Positions 9,523-19,100 of a stretch of 64,000 nt of DNA are shown piece after piece. This DNA is from Phycisphaerae bacterium. Lineage in GTDB: Bacteria; Planctomycetota; Phycisphaerae; UBA1845; Fen-1342. Position 1 is the first letter of the stretch. Each line of letters begins with the position of its first letter. The stretch covers positions 352,001 through 416,000 of the forward strand of contig CAXXWX010000026.1 in assembly GCA_963675745.2 (NCBI GenBank). The letters run 5' to 3'. The notes under the pieces are model-generated. The model saw nothing but the letters and a program-made list of their open reading frames with translations, searched no databases and was not told where the DNA came from. The position numbers were made by a program, and so were the translations under genes.

Positions 9523-10352
9523 GGTGTTTCAACATCGCCGGGACTGGATGGTTCGATGATGCGCAGCGGTTCGATGATCTCCTCGAAGCCGCGCGGCGTC
9601 TTGATCTCGAACGTATCCGCGGGCACCCCCTTGTTGAGCTTAACGTCATCGAACGTCACCGTGATGTGCGCGTCGATGCGCCCGGTTCCCGCCTTTTTCG
9701 ATGTCTTGACCTTGAGCGGCAAACCGTGCAGCCGACCTTCCCGCGCGACCCAGAAATGCATCGTTGCATAGCGCTTGTGCGTTTGTGTACCGACGTGAGG
9801 CGTGAGCACAAGGTGATCCGTATTCTCGGGGTCGTCGTCGGACGGCGGTGCCAGCTTGACGTCGAACTCATTGAGAATATCGCTTTTTGTCTGGCCGAAC
9901 GGCACCGGGAACGGTCCCTCGCCGAGCTTGTATGGATCACTGGTGTCGTCGGCCTGACGCACTTCGCGCCGCGTGACGAACTTCGTGTTGGCATCCAGTT
10001 CGACGTACCAGCGACCATCAAAAAGGTACTGTTCGTCCATCGGCCGGCGGACGCGGCCGACTCGATGGCGAAAGTGTACCTTGAATTTCGCGACCGGGTC
10101 CGCCTGCGCATACCACAGCATGCCGCTCTTTACCGTCTGTTCATCTTCGTCATCGATCTCGTGGCGCAATGTCCACGTGATTTCGGCTTGCAGATCGTGC
10201 ACCTTCTGTCGCTCGACCTGCATCAGGATTTCGTCGACTTTGGGGTCGAGCGCGGGCCGCGACGTCGGGCGCGTGTCCTGCCCAGCCGCGACGCCAAGGC
10301 CCACAGCCGCTATCATGCTGGCCGCCACGTACGTGTGTATCATGCTCTGCAT
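9519..10352 (-). CDS. Secreted LolA-like (lipoprotein carrier fold) protein
   Basis: Signal peptide; FDGRWY, GPFPVPFGQ, HLVLTP, FDDVKLNKGVPADTF. Confidence 0.65.
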   Translation of the reverse strand: MQSMIHTYVAASMIAAVGLGVAAGQDTRPTSRPALDPKVDEILMQVERQKVHDLQAEITWTLRHEIDDEDEQTVKSGMLWYAQADPVAKFKVHFRHRVGRVRRPMDEQYLFDGRWYVELDANTKFVTRREVRQADDTSDPYKLGEGPFPVPFGQTKSDILNEFDVKLAPPSDDDPENTDHLVLTPHVGTQTHKRYATMHFWVAREGRLHGLPLKVKTSKKAGTGRIDAHITVTFDDVKLNKGVPADTFEIKTPRGFEEIIEPLRIIEPSSPGDVETP

Positions 10353-10461
10353 CCAGGAGACCTCCACTGCTGCGCCGCTGAGATTCTAAGGGCAGCGAGA
10401 GAGCTGCGAAACCGCCGTGCCGGCGTTTGGCGCGGTACAACCAGGCGCGATTCCGTTTGCC

Positions 10462-11757
10462 ATGCCTTTGATATTTGACCTGATCTACGGGCTGTTGGTT
10501 TGTGTCGGCTGGCCATATCTGGTCTACCGGCGGCTCACCCGTGGTCCGGGGAGCCTGGCGCTGGGTGAGCGGCTGGGAGGCGTCGCATCCCGCCCGGTCG
10601 GCGGCAACTGCGTATGGTTGCATGGCGTGTCTCTGGGCGAGATCAACGCCACCGTCACGCTGGTCAAAGAACTGCGCCAGCGCTGCCCGGAAACCGTTGT
10701 GGTCATCAGCAGCACCACCAAGACCGGCCTGGCCCGGGCACGGCAGCTATATCCGCACCTGACCGTCTTCCGCTTCCCACTGGATTTCTCGTTCATCATC
10801 AGACGCCTGCTGCGGCGCGTGCGCCCCAGCGTTATCGTCCTGATGGAACTCGAGGTCTGGCCCAACCTGATGGAAGTTGCCAATGCCCACGACATCCCCA
10901 TCATGGTCGCCAACGCGCGCATCACCGAAGACGGCAGCATGCGGCGTTTTCGCAGTCCGGCACTGCGCTGGCTGGCTCGCCGCATGTTCGGTCAACTCGC
11001 CTGGATCGGCGCGCAAGACGAGGCGTATGCGTCGCGTTTCATCGAAGTCGGGGCCAAAGCCGATCGCGTACACGTCATCGGATCACTCAAGTACGATACG
11101 GCGGCCGTCACGGACGAGGTGCCCGGTCAGCGGGAAGTTGCCGAGGAAATGGGGATCGATGTCGCCAGACCATTGTGGGTATGCGGCAGCACGGGGCCAT
11201 CTGAAGAAGCCGTGATCCTCACCGCGCACACGCGTCTCCGTGAGCACTTCCCAGAGCTCCAGCTCGTAGTCGTCCCGCGCAAGCCTGAACGCTTCGACGA
11301 GGTCGCCCGGCTGATCGTCGCGGGTGGATATGCATGTCTGCGGCGAAGCGGTGGTCCACCGAGCCTGCCGCCCGATTCGGTCGAGCCCCCGCCCGTGTTT
11401 CTGGGCGATACCATGGGCGAGCTGCGGAAATTCTACGCGCTGGCGACCATCGTGTTTGTGGGGCGCAGCCTGGTGCCAATGGGAGGATCGGACGTGATGG
11501 AAGTGGCCGGCCTCGCCAAGCCGATCCTCGTGGGGCCCCATACCGATAACTTCACGGACGCGGTCAACCTGTTGCGGGCCGAGGGCGCCTGTCGCGTTGT
11601 GAACTGTGCCGACGGGCTCGTGGCGGCGATCTCCGACCTGCTCAGACACCCTGAGAAGCGTCACACGATGGGACGGGCCGGACGGGCCGTGGTGATATCG
11701 CGTCAGGGGGCCACATCGCGGACGGTTGACGCGATTCTGACGCGATGCGGCATCTAG
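10462..11757 (+). CDS. waaA: 3-deoxy-D-manno-octulosonic acid (Kdo) transferase
   Basis: VWLHGVSLGE, FPLDF, ELEVWPN, GSLKYD, VPRKPERF, GDTMGEL, GPHTDNF. Confidence 0.93.
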   Translation: MPLIFDLIYGLLVCVGWPYLVYRRLTRGPGSLALGERLGGVASRPVGGNCVWLHGVSLGEINATVTLVKELRQRCPETVVVISSTTKTGLARARQLYPHLTVFRFPLDFSFIIRRLLRRVRPSVIVLMELEVWPNLMEVANAHDIPIMVANARITEDGSMRRFRSPALRWLARRMFGQLAWIGAQDEAYASRFIEVGAKADRVHVIGSLKYDTAAVTDEVPGQREVAEEMGIDVARPLWVCGSTGPSEEAVILTAHTRLREHFPELQLVVVPRKPERFDEVARLIVAGGYACLRRSGGPPSLPPDSVEPPPVFLGDTMGELRKFYALATIVFVGRSLVPMGGSDVMEVAGLAKPILVGPHTDNFTDAVNLLRAEGACRVVNCADGLVAAISDLLRHPEKRHTMGRAGRAVVISRQGATSRTVDAILTRCGI

Positions 11758-11785
11758 GCGGGATTGCTTGGGCCGATAGAAGCGC

Positions 11786-11833
11786 AAAAAAACGATTGGA
11801 CGAGCATCGCGGAGGGGCGTACCTCGTCCAATC
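11786..11833 (-). terminator. Intrinsic terminator on the minus strand
   Basis: 11-bp perfect stem GATTGGACGAG/CTCGTCCAATC followed on the minus strand by GTTTTTTT. Confidence 0.75.
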
Positions 11834-12160
11834 CGGGCCCTCCTCCATCAAGTCTGTGTGGATGAGAAGGCCGTTGCCACGAGAGCAGGCAATACCTGAG
11901 CTCGTTCACAGGGACGCTGACGCGCGGGTAAAGCGCCATCACGGGCCCTGGTTGCTACCTAGCTGAAAGTCCCAGCCGGAAGCGATTCCAGACAATACTA
12001 GGCACCCAAGTCCGGCAAAATCAAACTCGAAAGCGGGAAGAAAAATCCGAATTGGGCCAGACGACGACACCGAAAGGCGGCAGGGCCACGACACGCCAAA
12101 GCGTTGAGGGGTCTGGCGCGAACCGCGACCTTCGAGCCGGTTTACGGTAATATTGCTGTG

Positions 12161-12556
12161 ATGGCACGACGCGAAAATCACCAGCTTGACGGTTGGCTAT
12201 TCATTAGCGCCTTGGTTGGTATATGGCTGCTACCCGCCACTGGCTGTCAGCATCCCGGCGAAGCCCGGCGGGCGGCGGCGCGGCGCGAGGCCAGCCTCGC
12301 GCACACTTTCACCATCTACATCAACGCCGAGCAGCAGCGACCGCAGAAGTTTGCTCGTACGATAGACCTGATCGAGCAGCGCGTTTCCACCGACGCCGCC
12401 CGCACCGCAGAATGGCCCCGCAGGTTGTCTCGGTTGATCGAGCGCGACGCGGAGCGCTTTGCGCGGCGGCAGCCGGTCTACCGCGAGGAGATTGTCCGCA
12501 CTTTCAGCGGCCACCCCGAGCGGATGGAGCACAACGCGATCGTGCTGTTCTATTGA
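12161..12556 (+). CDS. Hypothetical lipoprotein
   Basis: Hydrophobic N-terminus with lipobox-like ATGC, helical body; fills the space before rimO. Confidence 0.65.
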   Translation: MARRENHQLDGWLFISALVGIWLLPATGCQHPGEARRAAARREASLAHTFTIYINAEQQRPQKFARTIDLIEQRVSTDAARTAEWPRRLSRLIERDAERFARRQPVYREEIVRTFSGHPERMEHNAIVLFY

Positions 12557-12641
12557 GCTGCCGGCACGGTGGCTTTCAGGGCATCCCCGATCCCGATAGC
12601 GGCGCGCTATACTCAATTCAATCAGAGGCGCCCTGACGAGA

Positions 12642-14090
12642 ATGACCGCGGTGTGTGAGAAGAACGACGTCGACAACTCGATTGACGCTGGCGACTGGCC
12701 GGCCGGGGCCGCCGCTCAAGGTCCGGTTGCGCGCGTGCCGGTCGTGGCGTTTGTGTCGCTGGGGTGCGCCAAGAATCTGGTCGACTCTGAGAAGATGCTG
12801 GGCCAGATCGCCGAATCCGGCGCGGTGCTCACCGGTGACGAAGCCGCCGCCGACACTATCGTGGTCAACACCTGCGGCTTTCTCGATTCCGCACGGGAAG
12901 AGGCGCTCGAAGTGCTTGGCGAATTGGCCGAACGCAAGCGCGCCGGTCGCCTCCGGCGTATCGTCGTGGCTGGCTGCCTTGTGCAGCGCGATGGCGAGCG
13001 CATCCGAGACGCCGTTCCCGAGGTGGACGCGCTTGTCGGTGTCAACAACCGCGCCGATGTCGTGCGGGCCGTGTGGCGGATGGACCGCGATGCGGAAGTG
13101 GAACTTCATCTCGGCGACTATCACCCACAACCGTGGAACGACCAGGGGCGCCTGCGGCTCACGCCACGTCACTACGCATACGTTCGCATCAGCGAGGGTT
13201 GCGACCAGAAGTGTACGTTTTGCACGATTCCGTCCATACGCGGGCCGATGCACAGCAAGGCCCCGGACGCCCTGGTGGCCGAGTGCCGCGAGCTCATCGC
13301 TGACGGCGCTCGTGAGCTGGTGCTGATCGGCCAGGACACCACGAGTTATGGGCGGGACATCGAATATGCCCCGGGGTTGGCTGGATTGCTGCGTCGTTTC
13401 GACGCGGACTTGGTGGACGCGCGCTGGCTCAGGTTGATGTACGTTTACCCGTCCGTCATGACCAACGATGTGATTGACGCTTTGGCCGAGTGCGAACGCA
13501 TCGTGAAATACGTCGATATTCCCCTGCAACATATCAACGACCGGGTGCTTAGGCGCATGGGACGCAGGGTGACGCGCCGTCAGACAGAGACACTGCTGGA
13601 AAAGCTGCGCACACGCATCCCGGGTGTCACGCTGCGCACCACTTTCATAGTGGGATTTCCAGGAGAGACCGACGCCGAGTTCGACGAATTGGAGACGTTC
13701 GTCAGCGAGTTCGGCTTTGATGCGGCGGGCGCGTTCATGTTTTCGCTTGAGCCCGACACGCCCGCGGGGCGCATGGTGGATCAGCTTGATCCGGAGCTGA
13801 TTGCGGCTCGCCACGAGCGACTGATGTTGACGCAGCAGGAGGTGGCCTTCGCCAAGGCCCGGGCGCTGATCGGCGCTAGCTTTGATGTCGTGGTCGAAGG
13901 AGCAAATGATGCCGGCGAGGCGAGTGCGCGTCATGCCGGACAGGCCCCAGAGGTCGATGCCACCTGCCTGCTGACTGAAGATGTCGGCCAGGCGGGCACT
14001 CTGGCCAGGGTGCGTTGCATCGACACGTCGGACTACGACCTGGTCGTCGAGCCAGTCCGCGAGCCGGCGGGCAGCGACGAGGGGATCTGA
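12642..14090 (+). CDS. rimO: Ribosomal protein S12 methylthiotransferase
   Basis: SLGCAKNLVDSE, VNTCGFL, radical SAM CDQKCTFC, LRLMYVYP, IVGFPGET, QAPEVD. Confidence 0.95.
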   Translation: MTAVCEKNDVDNSIDAGDWPAGAAAQGPVARVPVVAFVSLGCAKNLVDSEKMLGQIAESGAVLTGDEAAADTIVVNTCGFLDSAREEALEVLGELAERKRAGRLRRIVVAGCLVQRDGERIRDAVPEVDALVGVNNRADVVRAVWRMDRDAEVELHLGDYHPQPWNDQGRLRLTPRHYAYVRISEGCDQKCTFCTIPSIRGPMHSKAPDALVAECRELIADGARELVLIGQDTTSYGRDIEYAPGLAGLLRRFDADLVDARWLRLMYVYPSVMTNDVIDALAECERIVKYVDIPLQHINDRVLRRMGRRVTRRQTETLLEKLRTRIPGVTLRTTFIVGFPGETDAEFDELETFVSEFGFDAAGAFMFSLEPDTPAGRMVDQLDPELIAARHERLMLTQQEVAFAKARALIGASFDVVVEGANDAGEASARHAGQAPEVDATCLLTEDVGQAGTLARVRCIDTSDYDLVVEPVREPAGSDEGI

Positions 14091-14557
14091 TACTGCAAGC
14101 CGCTTTTGCGCGAGCGGGACAGGCACGCCGTCACTGACGCCTGCGGCAGTGTTGCCCGGCTTGATTCCGCCAGCGACAACCCGGAAGGACTCCGCGGGCC
14201 GGCTTGACGAATGCGCGGTTTTCGCCACTTGCATCTATGCTGTGATGGGGACCATGCTCCGAGAATATCTGCGCTCGCCCACCATTGGCGGGTCCGTCAC
14301 CGTGTGCCCGATACCTTATGGGGCCACGCTCAGCCCGGTCTCGTCGGTCGCCCCGTACACGCCTCAAGCGTCGTGGCATCGTCCGCCGATTTCCAAGGCT
14401 GTCAGGCAAGTCATCATGATTGAGCCTGGCACCCTTCGGAATCTTCCACCGGCGAAATGGATGAGCCGGGTGATAGTCTGATACCCGGAATTAGCCTGCC
14501 GGGTCCGCGTGGAGTGCGGCGCATATCGCGGGCTGTTGTCGCTACGGAGGCGCATCC

Positions 14558-15370
14558 ATGACCGTTCCCCTGCTCACCCGTTATCTGCAACCGCTGCTGG
14601 CTGGTCGTCGCGCTGAGTGCTTTCAGATGATCGCCGCGGCCGCTGACGATGGACATGCGGCTGAAGACCTCATCTGCAACGTCGTCTGGCCGGCCATGTC
14701 ACAGGTTGAGCGCCTGTACCAGGACGACCGCATCAACGCCGCCGTCGAGCACATGGCCCACCGCATCAACCGCACGGTTGCCGATCAGTTGCAGGCTCGC
14801 CTGCCCGTTCGTGAGCGAAACGGCCGCTGTATCGTCATCGCCTGTGCCGACCAGTTTCGCGAGGAGCTGGGCGCCCAGATGCTCGCCGATCTTTTCCAGG
14901 CTGACGGCTGGGAGGTGTATTTCGTCGGCGGGGGCATCCCGGACGATGAGCTGCTCACGGTTGTCGGACAACACCGCCCGCAGGCCTTGCTCATCTTCGG
15001 CACCGATCCACAGCAGGTGCCGGCCACGCGACGTATGATCGAACTCATCCGCGAGATCGACGTGTGCCCCACGATGAACATAGTCATCAGCGGCGGGGTG
15101 TTCAACCGCGCCGAAGGCTTGTGGCAGGAAGTGGGTGCGGACGCCTTCGCACCGACCGCTCTCGAGGTCATCCAGCTCGTCACTGAGCTTCCGCCGCGCG
15201 TGCCGGGACCGCCACGCCGCGGAACCGTCAAGAAGCGTCAGCGGCGTCGGCGCGGCTCAGCGAAGCAAGCCACCAAGACCATCTCGAAAGATGAAATGCC
15301 CGTGCCGCCGGTCGTGGCGGAGGCTCGCCAGGCCTCGTTGCCCGGCCTTGCGGGATTGCCACGCGTATAA
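14558..15370 (+). CDS. B12-binding-domain family protein
   Basis: VVWPAMSQVERLY..VEHMA cap; LGAQMLADLFQADGWEVYFVG; GGVFN..VGADA; SD GGAGG. Confidence 0.8.
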   Translation: MTVPLLTRYLQPLLAGRRAECFQMIAAAADDGHAAEDLICNVVWPAMSQVERLYQDDRINAAVEHMAHRINRTVADQLQARLPVRERNGRCIVIACADQFREELGAQMLADLFQADGWEVYFVGGGIPDDELLTVVGQHRPQALLIFGTDPQQVPATRRMIELIREIDVCPTMNIVISGGVFNRAEGLWQEVGADAFAPTALEVIQLVTELPPRVPGPPRRGTVKKRQRRRRGSAKQATKTISKDEMPVPPVVAEARQASLPGLAGLPRV

Positions 15371-15515
15371 GACCTGCGCCGGCAGGAGATCCGCGTTGCG
15401 GCGTATGGAGCGACTTCCATGGAATTGTGGCGTCGCCCCGCGCGTCGCACGCACACCGGCCCCGCCACCTGCGGTTGATCGAGGCGGCGGCGGCCACACT
15501 TGCAACGATCAGGCC

Positions 15516-15914
15516 CTACCGGTTGACATCATCGGCACCTACGCCGATCGCCGATGCCACCGCGTATTCACCGGCGTGTGAGATGGACATGAGAATCCGG
15601 GAGATACCCGCACTGCGCGCGGCATCCGCCGCGGCGTGATGCAGGGTCACCTCGGGCTTGCCGAGTGCATCCGGCAGCGTCTCTATCTGCGTCCACTCCA
15701 GCCCGCCGCGCAAACCGGTCCCCAGCACCTTTAGAACGGCCTCCTTGGCGGCAAAACGCCCGGCCAGCCTCACCGCCGGGTACTTGCAGTCGAGGCAGTA
15801 ACGCTGCTCGGCCGGCGTGTAGAGACGCGCAAGGAACCGGTCGGCGTGCGTGCGCCACATACGCTCGATGCGCTCGCAGAGCACGATGTCCACGCCGTGG
15901 GCTACTGTGTTCAT
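15516..15914 (-). CDS. acpS: Holo-[acyl-carrier-protein] synthase
   Basis: HGVDIV, AGRFAAKEAVLKVLGTG, GKP, SISH; alternative start 15923. Confidence 0.93.
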   Translation of the reverse strand: MNTVAHGVDIVLCERIERMWRTHADRFLARLYTPAEQRYCLDCKYPAVRLAGRFAAKEAVLKVLGTGLRGGLEWTQIETLPDALGKPEVTLHHAAADAARSAGISRILMSISHAGEYAVASAIGVGADDVNR

Positions 15915-15959
15915 ACGGTACATTCTCAGAGCCTGGGCGGGGGATGACAAGGGACTCAA

Positions 15960-15987
15960 GGGAACAGGGAACAGGGAACAGGGAACG
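15960..15987. repeat. Heptamer tandem repeat (GGGAACA)x3 + GGGAACG
   Basis: Read directly, upstream of acpS. Confidence 0.85.
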
Positions 15988-16068
15988 GCTGTGGGCGTCT
16001 TGCGCGTGAGGTCGTTGTCGGAAGCGTCGAATGTGCCGCGGCCACGTGACCAGGCAGTTGATAGACAA

Positions 16069-16105
16069 GCGGGCTGGGAGCCGCGAATCACGACTCCCAG
16101 CCCGC
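16069..16105 (-). terminator. Strong hairpin after the large surface-protein gene
   Basis: GCGGGCTGGGAG...CTCCCAGCCCGC inverted repeat 35 bp past the stop; weak U tract. Confidence 0.65.
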
Positions 16106-16139
16106 GCTGGTTACCTCACAGACAGGTTACCACAGTCTA

Positions 16140-19100
16140 TCACGGTGACAGCAGCACGACGAACGGATCGATGTCGCCGTTATTGACGTAGGTGTCACCG
16201 TTGATATCCGCCAGATTGATATCGCAGTCCGGGTACGCGGCTGCGTACGCGCCGGGGTCATTCAACGCCAGCACGAACGGATCGATATCACCGTTGTTTA
16301 CAAAGCCGTCGCAATTCATGTCGCCCGCCTCATAGGCTGGTGCGGCCGGCATCAGCAAGATGTCCATCTTGATCGGCTTGGTCATATCGATGATCGGGCT
16401 CGGGACGTTGGTCACCGAGCTCGTCACGATGCGTGCCCAGCGCTGGTTGTCAGTGTCCAGCCAGAACCATGAGAGTTCCTGGGACTGGCCGGGATTGCCC
16501 TGGGCGGCGGTAGTGATGCTGTAATCCGGCGGCTCGACCAGGTCCGGATCGGTGCTGCCTGAGAAACCAGGCTCCTGGAAGAGCGTCTCGGAGTTCGGGT
16601 CAAAGCCCTCAAAGTCGCAGACGGTGAAGTCCGGCGAACCGGCGCCCACGTTGATGACATTGTCCACGTACATCACATACGCACCAGCACTGCGATCGGG
16701 CGAGTTGGCATCGACCGAGACAGCCAGGTGCTCGATGGTGCCGTAGGTGCCATCGAGGATGCCATCGCCGGTCCAACCGGTAACGTAATTCGGATCGGTC
16801 GGATCGAACACGAGCGTCTGCCAGTCGTTCGACGGACTGACCGCCATACCGATCGGAGCACCACCGGCGGTTTCACCCGTGGCACCGATCCATTCGATGG
16901 TGCCGGACGTACCGCCTTCAGTACCGAGATCGGCCGGACCGAGCAGGCCGTTCGGGTCAACCTCGCGGACACCGATGCAGATCAGGATGTCGCCGTTACC
17001 GTCGCCGACTTCCTGCGGCACCGAGGCTTCGGTACCGATGGCGTTGGTGACCTCGGCGGTGATGCGCTCGAGGTGAACCAGCGCACGGTTGAGCCCGATG
17101 TCGATGCTGCCGGTAGTGACAGCGCCGGCGTAGGAGCCGAGCTCAACATCGTTTGCATCCTTGACGCTTACGTTGGTCACGTCGTCATCGATGTTGATGA
17201 TCGTCACCAGCTCGTCGCCGGCCATCGGCGGCGCTACCGCGGGCGGGTTCGGCGGCCGCACACCAAAGCGGACCGGTCCCGTCTCGATGCAGTAGTCGTC
17301 GTAGTAGCCCGGCTGACCGCTGTAATAACCCGGACCGATGCGCGGAACTTCAAACGTCGGCGCGCCGTCGGGCAGCGGGATGTTCTTCTTCGAGAGCTTG
17401 CCATCGACATATATGTCGATGCGCTGGCCCTTGTGGATCACGGTGAACACGTGCCAACCGACGCTACGATCCGGACCGTCGTACTCGTCAAGATCGGTCC
17501 AGTTTGGACCGCCGTTACCCACGGCGCGGAAGTCGTAGTGAACGTTGTCCGTGTCCGCCCAGCCGAGAATACCGACGTGCATGTAGTACCAGTCGGTTGT
17601 GCCGTCGGCATTGATCTGGGCAAACTGGTTGACGGTCCCGAGCGGATCGACACCAACCGGGTCGTAGATGTTGACGTTCCAGACAACCGGCTCGGTTTCC
17701 GTAGCGGTCAGCTCGCCAATTACGCCAGTCGGGGCGGTAACGCGAGCGCTCGTGCCGCCGGGTGCGAACAGTGACTTAGTGCCACCGGTGGTTGTGTTCT
17801 TGTCGGTCACAAGATCGAGCCGTGTGGTTCCAGTCGGCCAGGCGGCCAGATAGGCGGCTTCGTCATACTCGAAGTCGTCGCAGAGATACTGGACGGTCGT
17901 CGCGGTCGTCACCTTCTCGTACTCGGACTCAACGCTGTCGATGGCGCCGACCGTGTAGTACGCCGTAACGATATCGCCCATTACCAGGCCGCTCACGGAC
18001 ACGTCAACGCGTCCCGGGAAGTTCGGATCCACGGGCGTGCTGTGGAAAGCCTGGTCGTTCGGGTCGTTCGGGTCGGTAACAACGATCGTGGCGCTGTCGG
18101 CCGCCGCATCAAGCTCCATCACATGTATTGACGTGTCACCCTGTGCCGGCGCCTTGTAAATCACCGGCGCGGTAAATGCGACGGTGACGGGCGCGCTCAG
18201 AGCACTGGTAACGCCGTTGACCGTCTGCGTGGCGGTCAGGACGTCGCCGGTTACGACAGTGGAATTGAGCCAGACCACCTGCGTGGTGCCGGTTTGAGCC
18301 GGTGGCGGTGCCGTGCCACCCAGGTTCGGATCGCCGTTGACGTACACCGTCACCGAGTCGGCGCTGGCATAGGCCTTGTCGAGAACGTCAAACACGGTCA
18401 CGACGCCTGACCCGGGTGCGATCGGTGATTGAAGCGTCGGCGGAGGCGTCACAGCGAGGACGCCGAGCGGATACGCCGCATCGCTCTCACCGGCCGGTAG
18501 CGTCTGCTTGGCCGAGATCGACTGGCCGGGTGTGAGTGTCAGGCCGGTGAAGTCAGCCGTGCCGGCGGTTGGCGTAACCGGGGCCACGAGGTTCGGATCA
18601 CCATCGATGTAGAGCGTCGCCGATAATGGCGTTCGGGTCGGTGAGGATGCGGACCGTGGTCTGGTTACCGACAATGATCGGCCCCTCGACCTCGGGCAGC
18701 GGAACCGGGTTCGTCGACTGCGTGCGACACACCATGTGGAACCGAATCGTCGCGGTGCTGTCGGGAATCAGTTGGCTGGTCCCGCACTGCCACCCCACGC
18801 GCTGAAGCATGCCCAGCGAGGGGGCTTCGTGGGAATCAGGGTTGTTCGGATCGTATTCCGGATACGTGTACACGCAGACGGTGACTCGTGTCCGCCGTCA
18901 AGATAGGACAGCGTCGAAAGCGCCGAAACGGACGGGATGCCTTCTCCCTGCGCGTCGCGGTCGTTTTCCAGCCGGTTAACGCCGTCCTCCATGTCGAGGA
19001 TGGTGTCGGTCACCGAGGCCGTTGGGATCGAGGAGCTGCACCTCGTCGATGAAGATCTCCCAGGGACCGAGCGCATCACCGGTGGCTGCGTTCGCGATCG

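Noticed and set aside
14090..14557. Cobalamin riboswitch upstream of the B12-binding-domain gene
   Set aside because: No recognisable B12-box elements (GGGAA..GCCCCCGCAACTGT, AGYCAG).
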